A stretch of 64,000 bases of DNA from a virus (IMGVR_UViG_3300033148_006964:96001-160000), one strand, 5' to 3'; shown: positions 47,771 to 59,831, counted from the first letter of the stretch. Made by a program: numbers and translations. Notes: generated by a model from the sequence alone, not told the origin.

Positions 47771-48926
47771 TTAACCTTTAATAACCCCAAGAGGTGATAG
47801 TTCTATAACTATATTAATTAGATCACTTTGGTTTTGCATAACTTTCTGAATATCTTTGTATGCTCCAGGTGCTTCGTCAAGATCACTTTTATGTCTAACA
47901 GAATGAATAATGTTTTGTTGATTTAATAAGTCTTTTTCATTAGCAAGTGATAATTCTTCTTTTGCTTGATTACGACTCATCTTACGACCGGCACCGTGAG
48001 AACATGACATAAAAGACTCTGGGTTACTTTTTCCAGACACAATATAACTCTTAGTTCCTTGAGATCCTGGTATAATACCGATTTGATCTTTTCTGGCAGA
48101 AATTGCTCCCTTACGATGAACAATTACATTTTCTCCAAAATGATGTTCTAATACAGCATAGTTATGGTGAACATCTATAGCTTTATCAAAACTAATATTA
48201 TTAATAACCTTAGCCATTGAATGTTTAATTACATCAATCATATGATATCTATTTGCTTTAGCAAATTGTAATACATAATTCATAGCATTTATATATTCAT
48301 TTGCCTCTTGGGTATCAGTCGGAAGAAATGAAAGATCCTTGTTCGGTAATTCAGAAAACCATTTTTCACACAATATCTTTGCTTTTTTATGATATTCATT
48401 TGCAATTTTTAATCCAAAATTTCGAGAACCTGAATGTAGCATGATCCATATATAACCATCTGATCCACTTTGGATTTCAATAAAATGATTACCACCACCA
48501 AGAGTACCAAGTTGATATTCTGCACTATTTAATTCTTGCGTAACAATATCTACTTCAGGGGCTTCATCAAAACCACTCCATAATTGTCTTTTTTTATGAT
48601 GGTTAAAACCCATTGGGATTTTTCTTCTTATTTTCCCCATAATCTTTTTTAAAGATTCTTTTTCAATTGATTTTAAAGATGTTTTTATAGCACACATCCC
48701 ACATCCAATATCAACACCAACAGCGTTTGGTATGATTGCACGTTTTGTAGCTAGAACGCCACCTATGGGCATACCGTACCCCTGGTGACAGTCTGGCATT
48801 ATAGCTACCCATTTGAATACAAAAGGAAGATTAGCAAGATTACGGGCCTGTATCAAGGCCCCTTCTTCTATATCATCCAACCATAATTTTATCGGTTTTT
48901 TTTTCGTCTGTGATAACTTTATTCAT
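47771..48926 (-). CDS. rtcB: RtcB RNA ligase; first ~10 codons out of frame at an A9 tract
   Basis: MPDCHQGYGMPIGG, VGVDIGCG, LGTLGGGNHF, LHSGSR, HNY, HRKGA, SCSHGAGR, DEAPGAYK; intact ORF from TTG 48880. Confidence 0.92.
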
Positions 48927-48949
48927 TTTTATTTCCTTTCAATTAATTA

Positions 48950-50644
48950 TTATTCATGAGAAATGTCTATCCATATAGCCATAATAATTGGTATTATTAC
49001 TAATATTAAACTTGATATTACAACATAACCAGTTATAGACCAATCAACATCCCAAAAATACTGATGCCATTTCATAAGTATATCAGTGTACCATTTACAA
49101 ACACAAATACTTATAAACGGAAATATATAAGCCATTAAACCAATTAAATACTTATTTTTGTGTTTCATTTTTAGCCTCTTTCATAGCAAATTTCCAGTTA
49201 CTTATTATCCAATACACAAATTGTCTTGGCCATTTTATTATGATACAATGGATTAAGAATCCTATAGCAATAAAAAAAGATGTTGATGAAATACCAACAC
49301 ATATATAATCAGGTTTATTATTATCAAATCCTATAAAGATTTGAGGAAATATAATACTAATTAAAAATCCAATACCATAAAATATGCTGAGTAATAATAG
49401 TACACCACATACTATTGCAAATATAGATATTAATATTTTAATTGTTTCTGGCATATTTGGTAATGTTAATTTTATATTTGCTTTTATTTCTTTGATTTTA
49501 TTCTTTAAGAATATTTTTATTGCTTTTTTAATTATGTTATTCATGTTTTTTTCCTTTCAATTAATTGTTTTTTTTATTTTAATTTTTGTCCATTACAATC
49601 ATATCTTTCAGTTGCTTGTTTTAACATAGGAAGCCATGTAGCACAAATTTGAGTAGTAGGTTCAACAACATTTCCTTTACGAAAAGTTTTATTTATCTCA
49701 TCTAAAATTTTTACAACTTCATCTAAATTTTCTTTATCTGTTTTATTAGATTTTTCTAAAATATCTTCAGTAGTTCCATATAATATTAGATTTCGAATTG
49801 AATCATTCTTTTCTTTTAGTATTTTTTTTGCTTCTTTTAAAGATATATATTTACTTAATATTTTTAATTCAAGTTTATCTTGTTTTTTTATTGCTTTTGC
49901 ACAAAGATCCATAAATTTAACTATTTCAGGATCTATTTTTATATTTTTATACTTATCAATTTCTCTTAATACAATTTTCTTATTCATATTTTTTTTCCTT
50001 TCAATTAATTATTATTTAAATAAGAGGAGGGCAAAGTTCATACTACTGTCACGTTTTGCCTCTGTCAACATAGTAGTTCATGCCCGGTATAATATCACTT
50101 ATTTGATATATTGACCGCCCCCCGCTTTTATAATATTTTATCTATAAATACCAACCCGAGACAATTGAGAAAGACATTCTTCAACACCTGGGTTTTTCTC
50201 AAACATTTCAATAGTAGCATCAACCTCAGCCATTTGTTTGGCAAGATTTTCCTTTTTTTGAACCAATTGTTCCATAACACCCATTGGTTGTGCTTCACAA
50301 ATTGCTCCGCTGGGTTTTTTTCTAAATCATACATAAAAGTTCCTTTTGTTAAAATTAAAAGTGATTGGGAAAATGTGTTTTGTTATCGTTATTTTTAACA
50401 TATAGTTTTTCTTTCATATAATGTCATACTATTTTTTTGGACTAAGAGTAGATTTGATAAACATACTCGAAAGAAAACTTAAACACCAAGCCTGCCCCCA
50501 TGTAATTTCAGGTAAATCCCAAATTGCGACAATAGTTGAATTCCAGCACCATTGGATTGGGAAAGCTAAAACTAAACCGAAAACTACAGTTATAACAATA
50601 GCACCTACGAATGCTATTATTATTGTCATTATATCATTATTCAT
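48950..50644 (-). other. cluster of small hypothetical, mostly membrane, ORFs
   Basis: ORFs 48950, 49152, 49574, 50429; TM helices in three. Confidence 0.55.
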
Positions 50645-50783
50645 AAGACTAATCCCTTCAATTAAAATTAAATAGATAGGCGAAATATCTCACTTCGTTT
50701 ACAGTGCTAATTAATCCGTTCCGATCACGAGAGCAGAATACACTCTTCAACTAAATTTTTTCGTATTTCGCTCTGTTTTTTAT

Positions 50784-51227
50784 TTATGAACCAATGCTCA
50801 AATGAACAAATATTTTATTTTTTTCTTCTGTTATATTAATACCTTCTATTACCAGGTCTCCGATGTCATGCCCCCAAATACCATATTTACCATTAGTTGC
50901 GTTCCTATTAAAACATGAACCACGTTTGTTGATTGGTATTGTTTTTGTTTTAGTAGTTTCTTCTTCAGTTTTATAAATCTTTTGATATGTGTTTCTAATT
51001 GCTTCAACCAATTCTAATCTTGAAAAGTTTTTGTTATTCTTTGCTTTAATTTTAAAACTATAAGCCTTTTTTAATGGATAATGAACAATCAAAGTAATAA
51101 CATTAGAATTAATAACAATTCCAGTTGCATCAATAAGATGTTTTAAACTGTTTTTTCCGGCAATATCAACCCACCAACCGTCTTTTTGTAATGTTCTATC
51201 AATTTTAATTGGTATTTCTTTATTCAT
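50784..51227 (-). CDS. conserved hypothetical protein (GKYGIWGHDIGDL motif)
   Basis: 147-aa ORF; motif looks familiar but family not securely identified. Confidence 0.55.
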   Translation of the reverse strand: MNKEIPIKIDRTLQKDGWWVDIAGKNSLKHLIDATGIVINSNVITLIVHYPLKKAYSFKIKAKNNKNFSRLELVEAIRNTYQKIYKTEEETTKTKTIPINKRGSCFNRNATNGKYGIWGHDIGDLVIEGINITEEKNKIFVHLSIGS

Positions 51228-51780
51228 TTTATTTCTCCTTTTGAAATAAATAATACAATTATATGTTAGGATTTATTCTTCAGTAAATCCTAATTTGTTA
51301 GCAATATCTATTCTGCAATCATCCCATCCTATTTTAAAACTTTCTTCATCAATATCAGAGCGTCCTTTTAAATACGCAAAAAGCATTAGTTTGTTAACTA
51401 ACTTTTCAGTGAAATAAAATTCCTTTTCAATAGTAAGCGTTTTAGCTTCATCGGTTTCTAATTCTTTACTTACAGTTTTAGCCCATAAAATATGTTGAGG
51501 AAAGATAGTTTCTTTATCTGATTTATTAGTTACTTTGATAATACCACTGTTATCGTTGGCATATTTTTTTTTACCTTTTAAATAATCTTCATATGGTGAC
51601 ATGTAAAATCCTTTTATTAGAGTTTTTCGATAAATTTTAATAATAAACAAACCGCTCCAGTAAAACAAATTCCTGAAAGTAGAAAAGATGTAAGTGCAGC
51701 TCTTACTCTTTTTACAATAATAGTTTCAATTATACCAAAACCAAAAGATAAAATAGCAAAACCAAACATTATTCCAATAA

Positions 51781-52314
51781 TCATTTTTTACCATCCTTTT
51801 CAGGTTCTATATATTGCCAACCTAAAGTTGTCATTTTGTTAATTTCATCTGTAGTAACATGGTTATAATTTTGCACTTTTACGGGGTTTTGATAACGGTT
51901 TCCTGTTGAAGGTTCTATCAAACAATATTTCATGTCATCTACCTGACAAAGAATACTTTTCTGACTACATACTATAAACCTATCTCCCTTTTTATATGTT
52001 TGCTCTTTCTCAACTTCACATTGCACACGTACACCCTGCATGAAACAAAGCATTTCTCTATGAGCTTGACGGTATTTTTCTGTACCCTTTATGAATGTCC
52101 TCATTTTTCCAAAATGGGTATCATCAAAATCACACCTTTCAATTATTCCAAGAAGACATTTATTGCAATCACAATTAGCTTCTTTACAACAAGCGCAACT
52201 ATTCTCACTATGTACTGGTGTATAATTAATATCATTATCCAACTTTTCCTGTTCTTCCTGATAATATTTAATACTACTATCAAGTGCCTTTAATTGACTT
52301 TTTGTTGCTTTCAT
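51781..52314 (-). CDS. Cys-rich paralog family B member with extra C-terminal domain
   Basis: ALDSSIKYY...CACC...CNKC...C...HREML..VR.QCE. Confidence 0.65.
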   Translation of the reverse strand: MKATKSQLKALDSSIKYYQEEQEKLDNDINYTPVHSENSCACCKEANCDCNKCLLGIIERCDFDDTHFGKMRTFIKGTEKYRQAHREMLCFMQGVRVQCEVEKEQTYKKGDRFIVCSQKSILCQVDDMKYCLIEPSTGNRYQNPVKVQNYNHVTTDEINKMTTLGWQYIEPEKDGKK

Positions 52315-52497
52315 TTTTTTTACCTTTCATTAATGTATTTTTTGAATATAATTACCTGCATAATCTACTTTATGTTCTTTGAGTTCTTCTGTTTCTATAA
52401 ATATCCATCTCTCAAAATCTGAATCCCATATTTGTAGTGCAGGTTCAGTCTTGTGTCCGACTTTATCACAAAGTACTAACCATCTTAATCTCATTTT

Positions 52498-53878
52498 TTA
52501 CTCCTTATGATAGAAGGTTTTAGCTTTAGAAGTTTCTAATCTTGTTTCAAATTCTTTTATGTGTTTAACATTATATGTCGCCCCAGCATAATGTATATCA
52601 CTTTCGAATGCCACGCGATTTTCATGTGATGAATAATTATAATGGATTTCTGTTACATTACGTAAGGTTATATTTTCTTTATAATTACTATCTTTAGTAA
52701 AAATTATTGTTACTTTATTTCCATAGTTTATGCTTGTCATTATTATTTTCCTTGTTTTCTACGATTTAATTCTTGTGTAATCTTAATAACAATACGTTTA
52801 TTTGTGTCTAATCTTTTTTGTACTGAACCACCGCTATAGTTATTAATATTATTAAGTAGAGCTCCTTTGCAGATTTGTATATCTTTTTTACTTTCTTGTA
52901 AATCTTTTTTAAGTTCTTCCATTGATATTGTTTTTATGTTTTTCATATAAGTTTTTCTTTGTTTGAAATTAATATTTTAGCCTACTAAGTGCCTATCATT
53001 TTTCCACTCAGTATTAATAAGATTAATAAGGCCTTTAAAAGTATCATGTTCGTACATATGTTCATTATACATACATATCCAACATTCATTTTTACTTATA
53101 ACTTCAGCTTTTTCTTTATAGATTAAAAACTTAGCTTCATCTTTTATATTTATTATTCTAGATTCAGCATTATTTAATCTTTCACTCATAGACTCTGGAT
53201 AATTAGGGCAATCCTTATGGTGATATATTTCATCTTCTCCGGAGTTTATATTACCGAATACTTTACAACCAGCTATACATTTACCCATTATTATTTTCCA
53301 TTTCTAATATGTTGTATATTTTCTTCAGGAGATTCTTTTTCATCGTAATTGTCTCCCATTATACACATAATAATTGTAGTAAGTTTGTTATACTTTGATT
53401 CCCAATAATCATCTGTTTTGGGTTGGGAAATTTGTTTTTCTATTCTGCCAACATAAACCTCAAGTGCATGAGCTGGTGATTTAGCTCTATTTTTTGGAAT
53501 ACCCAATAACTCAAGTGCTTGCCTAACTCTTTTACATTGTGGGCAATTTTCTTTCTTTTTGGGAAGAACATTTAGATATTTAATAATACTCATTATTTAC
53601 TCCTTTTTTTTTAGGTTTTGAAATTATGGCATAAATAAATTTCTACAATCATAAGATTTGTCTTCTCCTTCTGCTATGTCAGAGCGGGAGTGCAAATCCT
53701 TTTGAGCTTCAATACAAGTACACGCAAAATAATTTTCACCAATAGCAATTTGGTATTTACAAAGATATGGCATATCTTTTTTGGGGTGTTTGTTATATTT
53801 ACATTGTTCTGTTTCGTCTGGACAGCTTGCAGCACAGCCATAGCTTATTACGCAATAATTTTTCAATTTCTCACTCAT
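52498..53878 (-). other. cluster of small hypothetical ORFs
   Basis: ORFs 52498, 52743, 52977, 53291, 53624 tightly packed. Confidence 0.55.
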
Positions 53879-54216
53879 TATTTCTCCTTTGTCTTTGAAA
53901 TCAATACTAAATCATTTTGAATTTTTTTTATTGCTTTTGCCAAAGCGTCTACATCTACTAATAAACTAATATATTTTTCCCGTTTTCCCTTTGTTGTTAT
54001 AGAGCGGAAGTTCCAAGCTTTGATTGCTTCTCGTTTATAATGCCACCAACAAGTCTGTAAACCACATTTTGCACACCTAATTTGGAACCCATGTGTTTGG
54101 TTAGCAACCACACGAGGATATCTATCTGAATATGATTGCCCGCGGAAAACAGTGTTATCACGCAATAGTTCTGCTATGCTATCGCACCCATGACACGGCT
54201 TCAATTTCTCACTCAT
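53878..54216 (-). CDS. Lar-like restriction alleviation protein
   Basis: LKPCHGC...IRCAKCG...EAIKAWN.R. Confidence 0.6.
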   Translation of the reverse strand: MSEKLKPCHGCDSIAELLRDNTVFRGQSYSDRYPRVVANQTHGFQIRCAKCGLQTCWWHYKREAIKAWNFRSITTKGKREKYISLLVDVDALAKAIKKIQNDLVLISKTKEK

Positions 54217-54931
54217 CTTCTACCTCAATTTCTGTGTTAATTACAGTCAATACAGGCTCGCATTTTACTAACTCAAATTCTTTATCTGATCCAGTATACC
54301 CACACCTTAATTCAGAATCATTACATTCATGTGGTTCTCGATGTATACAAATTGTAGGACAATTACTATTTTTCCCATTACAAATTTTCTTCATCGCTCC
54401 CCCTCTGTGGGTTGGGGTTTTTTGTGCCAATCAATTCCCCATAAAAAGATTCGGATACAATATCTTGGTATAAAATGTAAATAAATACCTTTCCAAAATT
54501 TATGCCATGATACAAAAACAAAATATTTTCCAAAAACCTTTATCATCTTTTCCATAGCCTCATCACTCCTTTGCTTTGGTTTTTATTTTTTAAGCCATTT
54601 CTTAAAGTTTCCCCACCAGCTTAATTGCCTTGTATCTTTTATTATATTTTGGTATTCTATAACTTCAAGAGTTTCTAAAAAATCAATAGGATGGCCTTTT
54701 CTAACCTCATCACTAAGCCTTTCTAATCTGTCATTTTTCACTACTAATATTTTCATAACTTTCTCACTCCTTTGCTTACATTAAAATTCTATTTTGCATT
54801 TTCTTCATTGACAATGCTTTTTCTAAATCTGCATTTTCCTCGCGTAATTTTTTGCATTTAGATTCAAGGCAAAAAATTTTAATAGTCGCTATTAGCAATA
54901 ATACCCATAATGTCCATATTAATATCATAAT

Positions 54932-55357
54932 TCACTCCTCTATTTGAATTTTCTCGCCGCAATATGGACAAAACTTAAATCTATTATCTTCCGGAGTGCC
55001 AGCCGTAATTTCAAAAGCTTCATCACATTCGGTTTTATAATATCCATCAGCCCATGTCCATGTACATTTGCCTTTTGTTTTAGGGCAGGTATCCTCAAGA
55101 AAATTTAAGTTTTTTGGTTTAACTGTATCAATTTTTTTTTCAGATAAATATTGTTCTGTTAGTTGTTGACTAAATGGCCCTACTCCAGTGTGGGAGTCTT
55201 CTGAAATTAATCTTTTGAGTGTTTCAAATATAGTTTTCATTTTTCCACAATATCTGTTATAAGAAATATCATTAAAGTCTTTTTTCATTTCGTGCATATC
55301 TTTTAAATTAGTTTCGATATACTCTAATTTGTCAGTTACATTTATTGAATTATTCAT
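54932..55357 (-). CDS. phage protein with C-terminal zinc ribbon
   Basis: CTW...TEC...FCPYCGEKI. Confidence 0.6.
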   Translation of the reverse strand: MNNSINVTDKLEYIETNLKDMHEMKKDFNDISYNRYCGKMKTIFETLKRLISEDSHTGVGPFSQQLTEQYLSEKKIDTVKPKNLNFLEDTCPKTKGKCTWTWADGYYKTECDEAFEITAGTPEDNRFKFCPYCGEKIQIEE

Positions 55358-56762
55358 TATTTATCTCACTGTGGGTTGGGATTTAGATTCGTATTTTTGA
55401 ATAGCAGCCACCATTTTGTTCAATTTTATATGATCTTCAGTGTTTATATCAGGGTCTTTCACTATTAAAGGTTCAATATTTTTTAACGCCTTTTTGTACT
55501 CTTCTTTGCTTGTAATATTAAAATCATAGCGGCATTCACAACCAATAATATTATTCAAAATACCACAGTTATTTAATTCGGACTCATTATAACATTCACA
55601 ATCTGTATTTAGACATTCATAATTTTCCATAGCTCCCCTCACTCCTTTACTTTGGTGGGTGGATTTTCTTCATCAATTATCTTACATAATCCCATAGCAA
55701 CGCTCCAAGCTAAAAAATCCATTTCATCTTCCCATTGTCCTATTACCCATTTTTCATCGCAATTACCGCATCCGACAAAAACTTTCTGCTGTTCCATGGT
55801 GTTACATAATTCTGTATAAACCTGATCTTTGGTTGTTGGTTTTAGCTTAATTTGCAGCGTAATCATAATTCACTCACTTTCCTTTCTCAGCTTCTTTAAA
55901 TCTTAATTTACTTTCACCCGTTTTTTTATGAGCATCAATGATCTTCTGGATAAGTTTCATTGCTCGTTTTCTTGCCTTTTCTGCTGCTATTGTAAAATTA
56001 GTTTTCATTTATCTCTTGGCTTCTTTATGCGGTTGTTGACTTAATACAAATTTCATTTCTTCGTTTTCTTGCCTCAATTGCTCGTTTTGCAGAAGAATAT
56101 CAGCATCAACACCAATGGATAAAATGTGAATATAAGACCTTAGCGGTTCTGGCGAACTATTAATTTGCCTAATCAATATATCATTCATTAACATGTGCCG
56201 TGAAAAATAATTGCCCTTTACCAGCAACCGGCAAAACAGTATCCGCGACAAATCCCATTTCTTTGCCCAACGCTTCCCATGCAGTGTTGGCATTTTCTTG
56301 GGGGGAAGAAGGTGTCCCACATTGTAGCATAATCATCGGAACAGGTTTGCACGCTTCTAAAATTTTGTCAAGGTTGGTTTGTGTCATTTTAAATTCCTTA
56401 CGCATAATTTCCTCCTAATTAAATTAATTATTCATCCCTTATCCTCTATTCATATACCCACAATCACGCCAATCATTCTCAGCTTGCATTTGTTATCTAC
56501 CGTTCTTCGTGTTCATCGCCGCTAAAATTATATAGGTCTCCCGTTTCACATCCTTCGCAATTATTTCTTATCATGCTATGTCTGTCATAAAAGCTTCTGT
56601 TATTAATTTCGCTTGTTGTATAACCATTAGCTTTTAGTATATTTGTTTGCCTGTCCCATTCCCACATTTCATGTTCATTCATTGACATATTAACTCTTCC
56701 CCTTTATTATCTCAAGATTTGATTTCATCTGGTTTCCTCAACTTTTAAGTAAAGACACAATA

Positions 56763-56864
56763 CTCTGGACTCAAACCAAAGACCAACCAGCCTTTCACAG
56801 AACCACTAATTGCGGAATCGAACCGCTGAAGACTGGTGTGTTTCTGACCACTGCATCTGCTGTG
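56763..56864 (-). ncRNA. candidate tRNA-like RNA with two T-loop hairpins
   Basis: GCGG-TTCGATT-CCGC and CTTTGG-TTTGAGT-CCAGAG on minus strand; no complete cloverleaf. Confidence 0.4.
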
Positions 56865-57866
56865 GGTTAATTGTATCATTTATCTTTCGTTTATCATCCC
56901 GGATTTCCTATAAACATAGCACTTGTGTTTTTAAACTTAAAAAACTGCACCAGCTTATCTTGGTCCAACTTAACCTTTGGAAATTTTTTAATTGTATGCT
57001 TTTTCTTTTTCACATCCTCCCCCTTTTTTAAACTTTAGGGCTATAAGCTTCTGGCCATATTCTTAATACAACATGACACCAAACAGTCCACTTAATAACT
57101 TTTATCAAGCCAGGTGTGTAACACTTTCTAAATGGAACTTTGTAATGCTTCATAATAACTCCTTCGTTAAGGTTTGGCACAATTTCCGTTTTATCCTTCT
57201 TTGATATTAGTTTTTTCTTTTTTCTCTCTCCTTCCACATATTTTTCTTATTTTATTAAAAAACTCTTTTACCGCAAGGCCAGTCCAAGAGTCACAGTCCT
57301 CAGCCTCTTTGTGTTCCTCAAGTAGTTTGTTAATCTTTTCTGTTGATGATTCGGGTTTAAAATAAACAGACAAACTTACTAATTGGCCATCTTCCTGCTT
57401 TTGCCACGAAATTGAATCAACACTACACAAGTTTATTCCTAATCGGTTTGGGATTACATCAGTTGGTAAAGGACAATATTCTTCGTTGTCCACTATTTCG
57501 TCTATTGTTTTAGTTGTTATATTCATACTGCCTCCTTGTTAAAGTTTACTTTGGCGTTATTTTACATTTTTCCGTAAGTATAAGGGTGTATCCGTTACTT
57601 TTTATATATTTATGCCGCTCTTCGCTTTTACCTATAACATATTTAAAAAAGTTATTAATCGGTGGCTTAAACATATCCCCTGCGGTGTCAACATCGTCAA
57701 GAAGCCCCCATAACGCAACCGCTATAGCCTTCCATGTTTCAGCATCTCCTCTACACGGTTCTCCACGTTTATCTTTATTTGCATTTAATTGCATCAATGT
57801 AGTTTTTTGTGTATCCATAATTTATCTACCTTTTGTTGGATTTAATAATTAATTCCTATCTTTATT

Positions 57867-57895
57867 GTTATGTCATGTATTATTGAAAAATAACA
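57867..57895 (-). promoter_or_regulatory. phage promoter motif copy 8
   Basis: TGTTAT-N17-CATAAC. Confidence 0.6.
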
Positions 57896-58756
57896 AAAAG
57901 ATAAGAATTAATTATTTAAGATACTACTTTATTTTTCATTTTTATCTTTAGTTTGAACTTCTAAAACAACTACATCAACAAATTGAGAAAAAACACCAGG
58001 CTCGCCAATGCGTTTCCAATTGACAAGAGCGACTTCATCACCGGTACGCTCACATTTTAAAATATCTCCAATGACACCTGTACCATAATTGTTTCCACCT
58101 ATTATTTTTACTGGATCACCGCGTTTCATTTTAACTCCTTACTAAGATTTAAAAAAAATATTTACTTTATTTGTTTCCAAGTTTTTTGGGCAATCCAATG
58201 TTGTATTTTTTGTATTAAACATGCAAATACAAACGGGACTTTGAATAACTTTTTTCCACTCGGCATTATTAAAGCACCATCATTGTCAATTCCCATAAGT
58301 CCTATAAACATATAAATTCCTTATGTTAAAATTAATGTTAATCTTTTATTAGTAAATTTAAAAAATTCTTTGCAGCTTTATTAGCTACTTTATGAACTGT
58401 TTTATGTGAAAGATTATTGCCTGTTCGTCTGTATTCATCATAAAATGCCATCGCAATATTTGCCTGATAAACATGATAAAACTCTTTATCATTTGATAAA
58501 GCTTTTTTAAAAATATTAATTGCTTTTTGTATTTTCATTTTTAACTCTTTGTTAAGATTCAAGAAAAATATTTATTGATTTTACAAAACTACGATTTATA
58601 ATAGCCAGACAATGTAATCCATCCCAATACGTATCATCTTTATATAAACCAATTTGATTTCTTGTTTTTCTGTTACATATAATATCTTTTAATGATATTT
58701 TTTGATGAATTGTTAGATCATTGTAATTCATATTTTATTTCCTTTTTAAAATTAAA

Positions 58757-58840
58757 GAGTGTGCCGCCGAAGCCTTAAGAACTATATCCACTCTATATTT
58801 TATCGGACTTGCACCGCGTAGGATATAATCAGACACACTC
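58757..58840 (-). ncRNA. candidate small structured RNA
   Basis: 9-bp closing stem with G-U, TATATCC/GGATATA, CGG-TGCAAGT-CCG T-loop, C-UUCG-G tetraloop on minus strand. Confidence 0.55.
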
Positions 58841-59140
58841 ATTTTTAAGCCGCTACTTTGTTAATTTCTTCAATCGTTCCTATGTAACACTTAAAAGGTC
58901 GGCTTTCATTTGGTAATATTCTTTTTATATAGTTTAATTCATTATCAGAATCGCAAACAAGCAAAGCTGTAAACATACCATTATTAAGAAGAACTAATGC
59001 ATATTTATCTTTTAGTTCCAGGCTGAAGAAATTTAACTTTTTAAAATTATATAATTCAATTTCTTCAACGTATTTTTCTTTTATCCCTTCGGCAATCCAC
59101 TCTTCTTTACTTTTTTCTTTGGGGTTGACATAAGTTCCCA

Positions 59141-59542
59141 TTATGTTTTTCCTTTCATATTTTTTTGCCTAAGATCAATAGATTTATATGGTGTCATACT
59201 ACATCCACATTTTATACATTCATCGTCACACATTGAGTCCCATTCTTCTATCCATTTGCGACCACAATCAGCACAGCGATAAAAATTTCGATAGATTTTG
59301 TTATTTTTCTCTTTAATAGTTTGTTCAAATGTTTCTAATGCATTTTTTATCGAATAAATAGAATTAGAAATATTGTCATTATTTGTTTTAATTGCTTGAG
59401 TAAATTTCATTGCATTAACTATATCTCCTGCCGGTACTGGGCCGGAACATTTTGCCAATATAAATTCAGGATCATTAGCATATCCGCTTTCAATAACATG
59501 ATATTCTTTTGATGAAATTTTTTTTACTTTATAAAAATACAT
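59141..59542 (-). CDS. hypothetical protein with C-terminal zinc ribbon
   Basis: CADCGRKW...CDDECIKCG. Confidence 0.6.
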   Translation of the reverse strand: MYFYKVKKISSKEYHVIESGYANDPEFILAKCSGPVPAGDIVNAMKFTQAIKTNNDNISNSIYSIKNALETFEQTIKEKNNKIYRNFYRCADCGRKWIEEWDSMCDDECIKCGCSMTPYKSIDLRQKNMKGKT

Positions 59543-59584
59543 AATAATTAATTTCCTTTTCGTTTATTTGTGTGATTATTATAA

Positions 59585-59820
59585 AACAGGCATTTCTGTA
59601 AAGGTCTTTTCAGTTTATCGTGATCAAACAAAAGTAAGGTTTCGATCCTTATTTGGCTTTCCCTATTTTATGGGGCCACTTTCTCTCACTACGATACAGA
59701 AATACCTGTTAGAAAAGGTTGTATAATTTTTTTACGGCAGTTAGGAGTTCATGTTGTCCTGGTTGACACCAGACTAAGCTTAAACATGATAGGCTCAGAC
59801 AGATTAATTATACAACCTTT
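59585..59820 (-). ncRNA. candidate structured RNA, two long branched hairpins
   Basis: 15/16-bp stem 59585-59600/59695-59710 (mismatch reads as G-U on minus); 15-bp perfect stem 59714-59728/59806-59820. Confidence 0.5.
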
Positions 59821-59831
59821 GTTAGTTTTGA

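Larger units (their letters stand above)
55361..58562 (-). other. cluster of small phage hypothetical ORFs
   Basis: ORFs 55361, 55639, 56181 (MTQTNL start), 56497, 57191, 57546, 57929, 58338 with RBSs. Confidence 0.55.
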
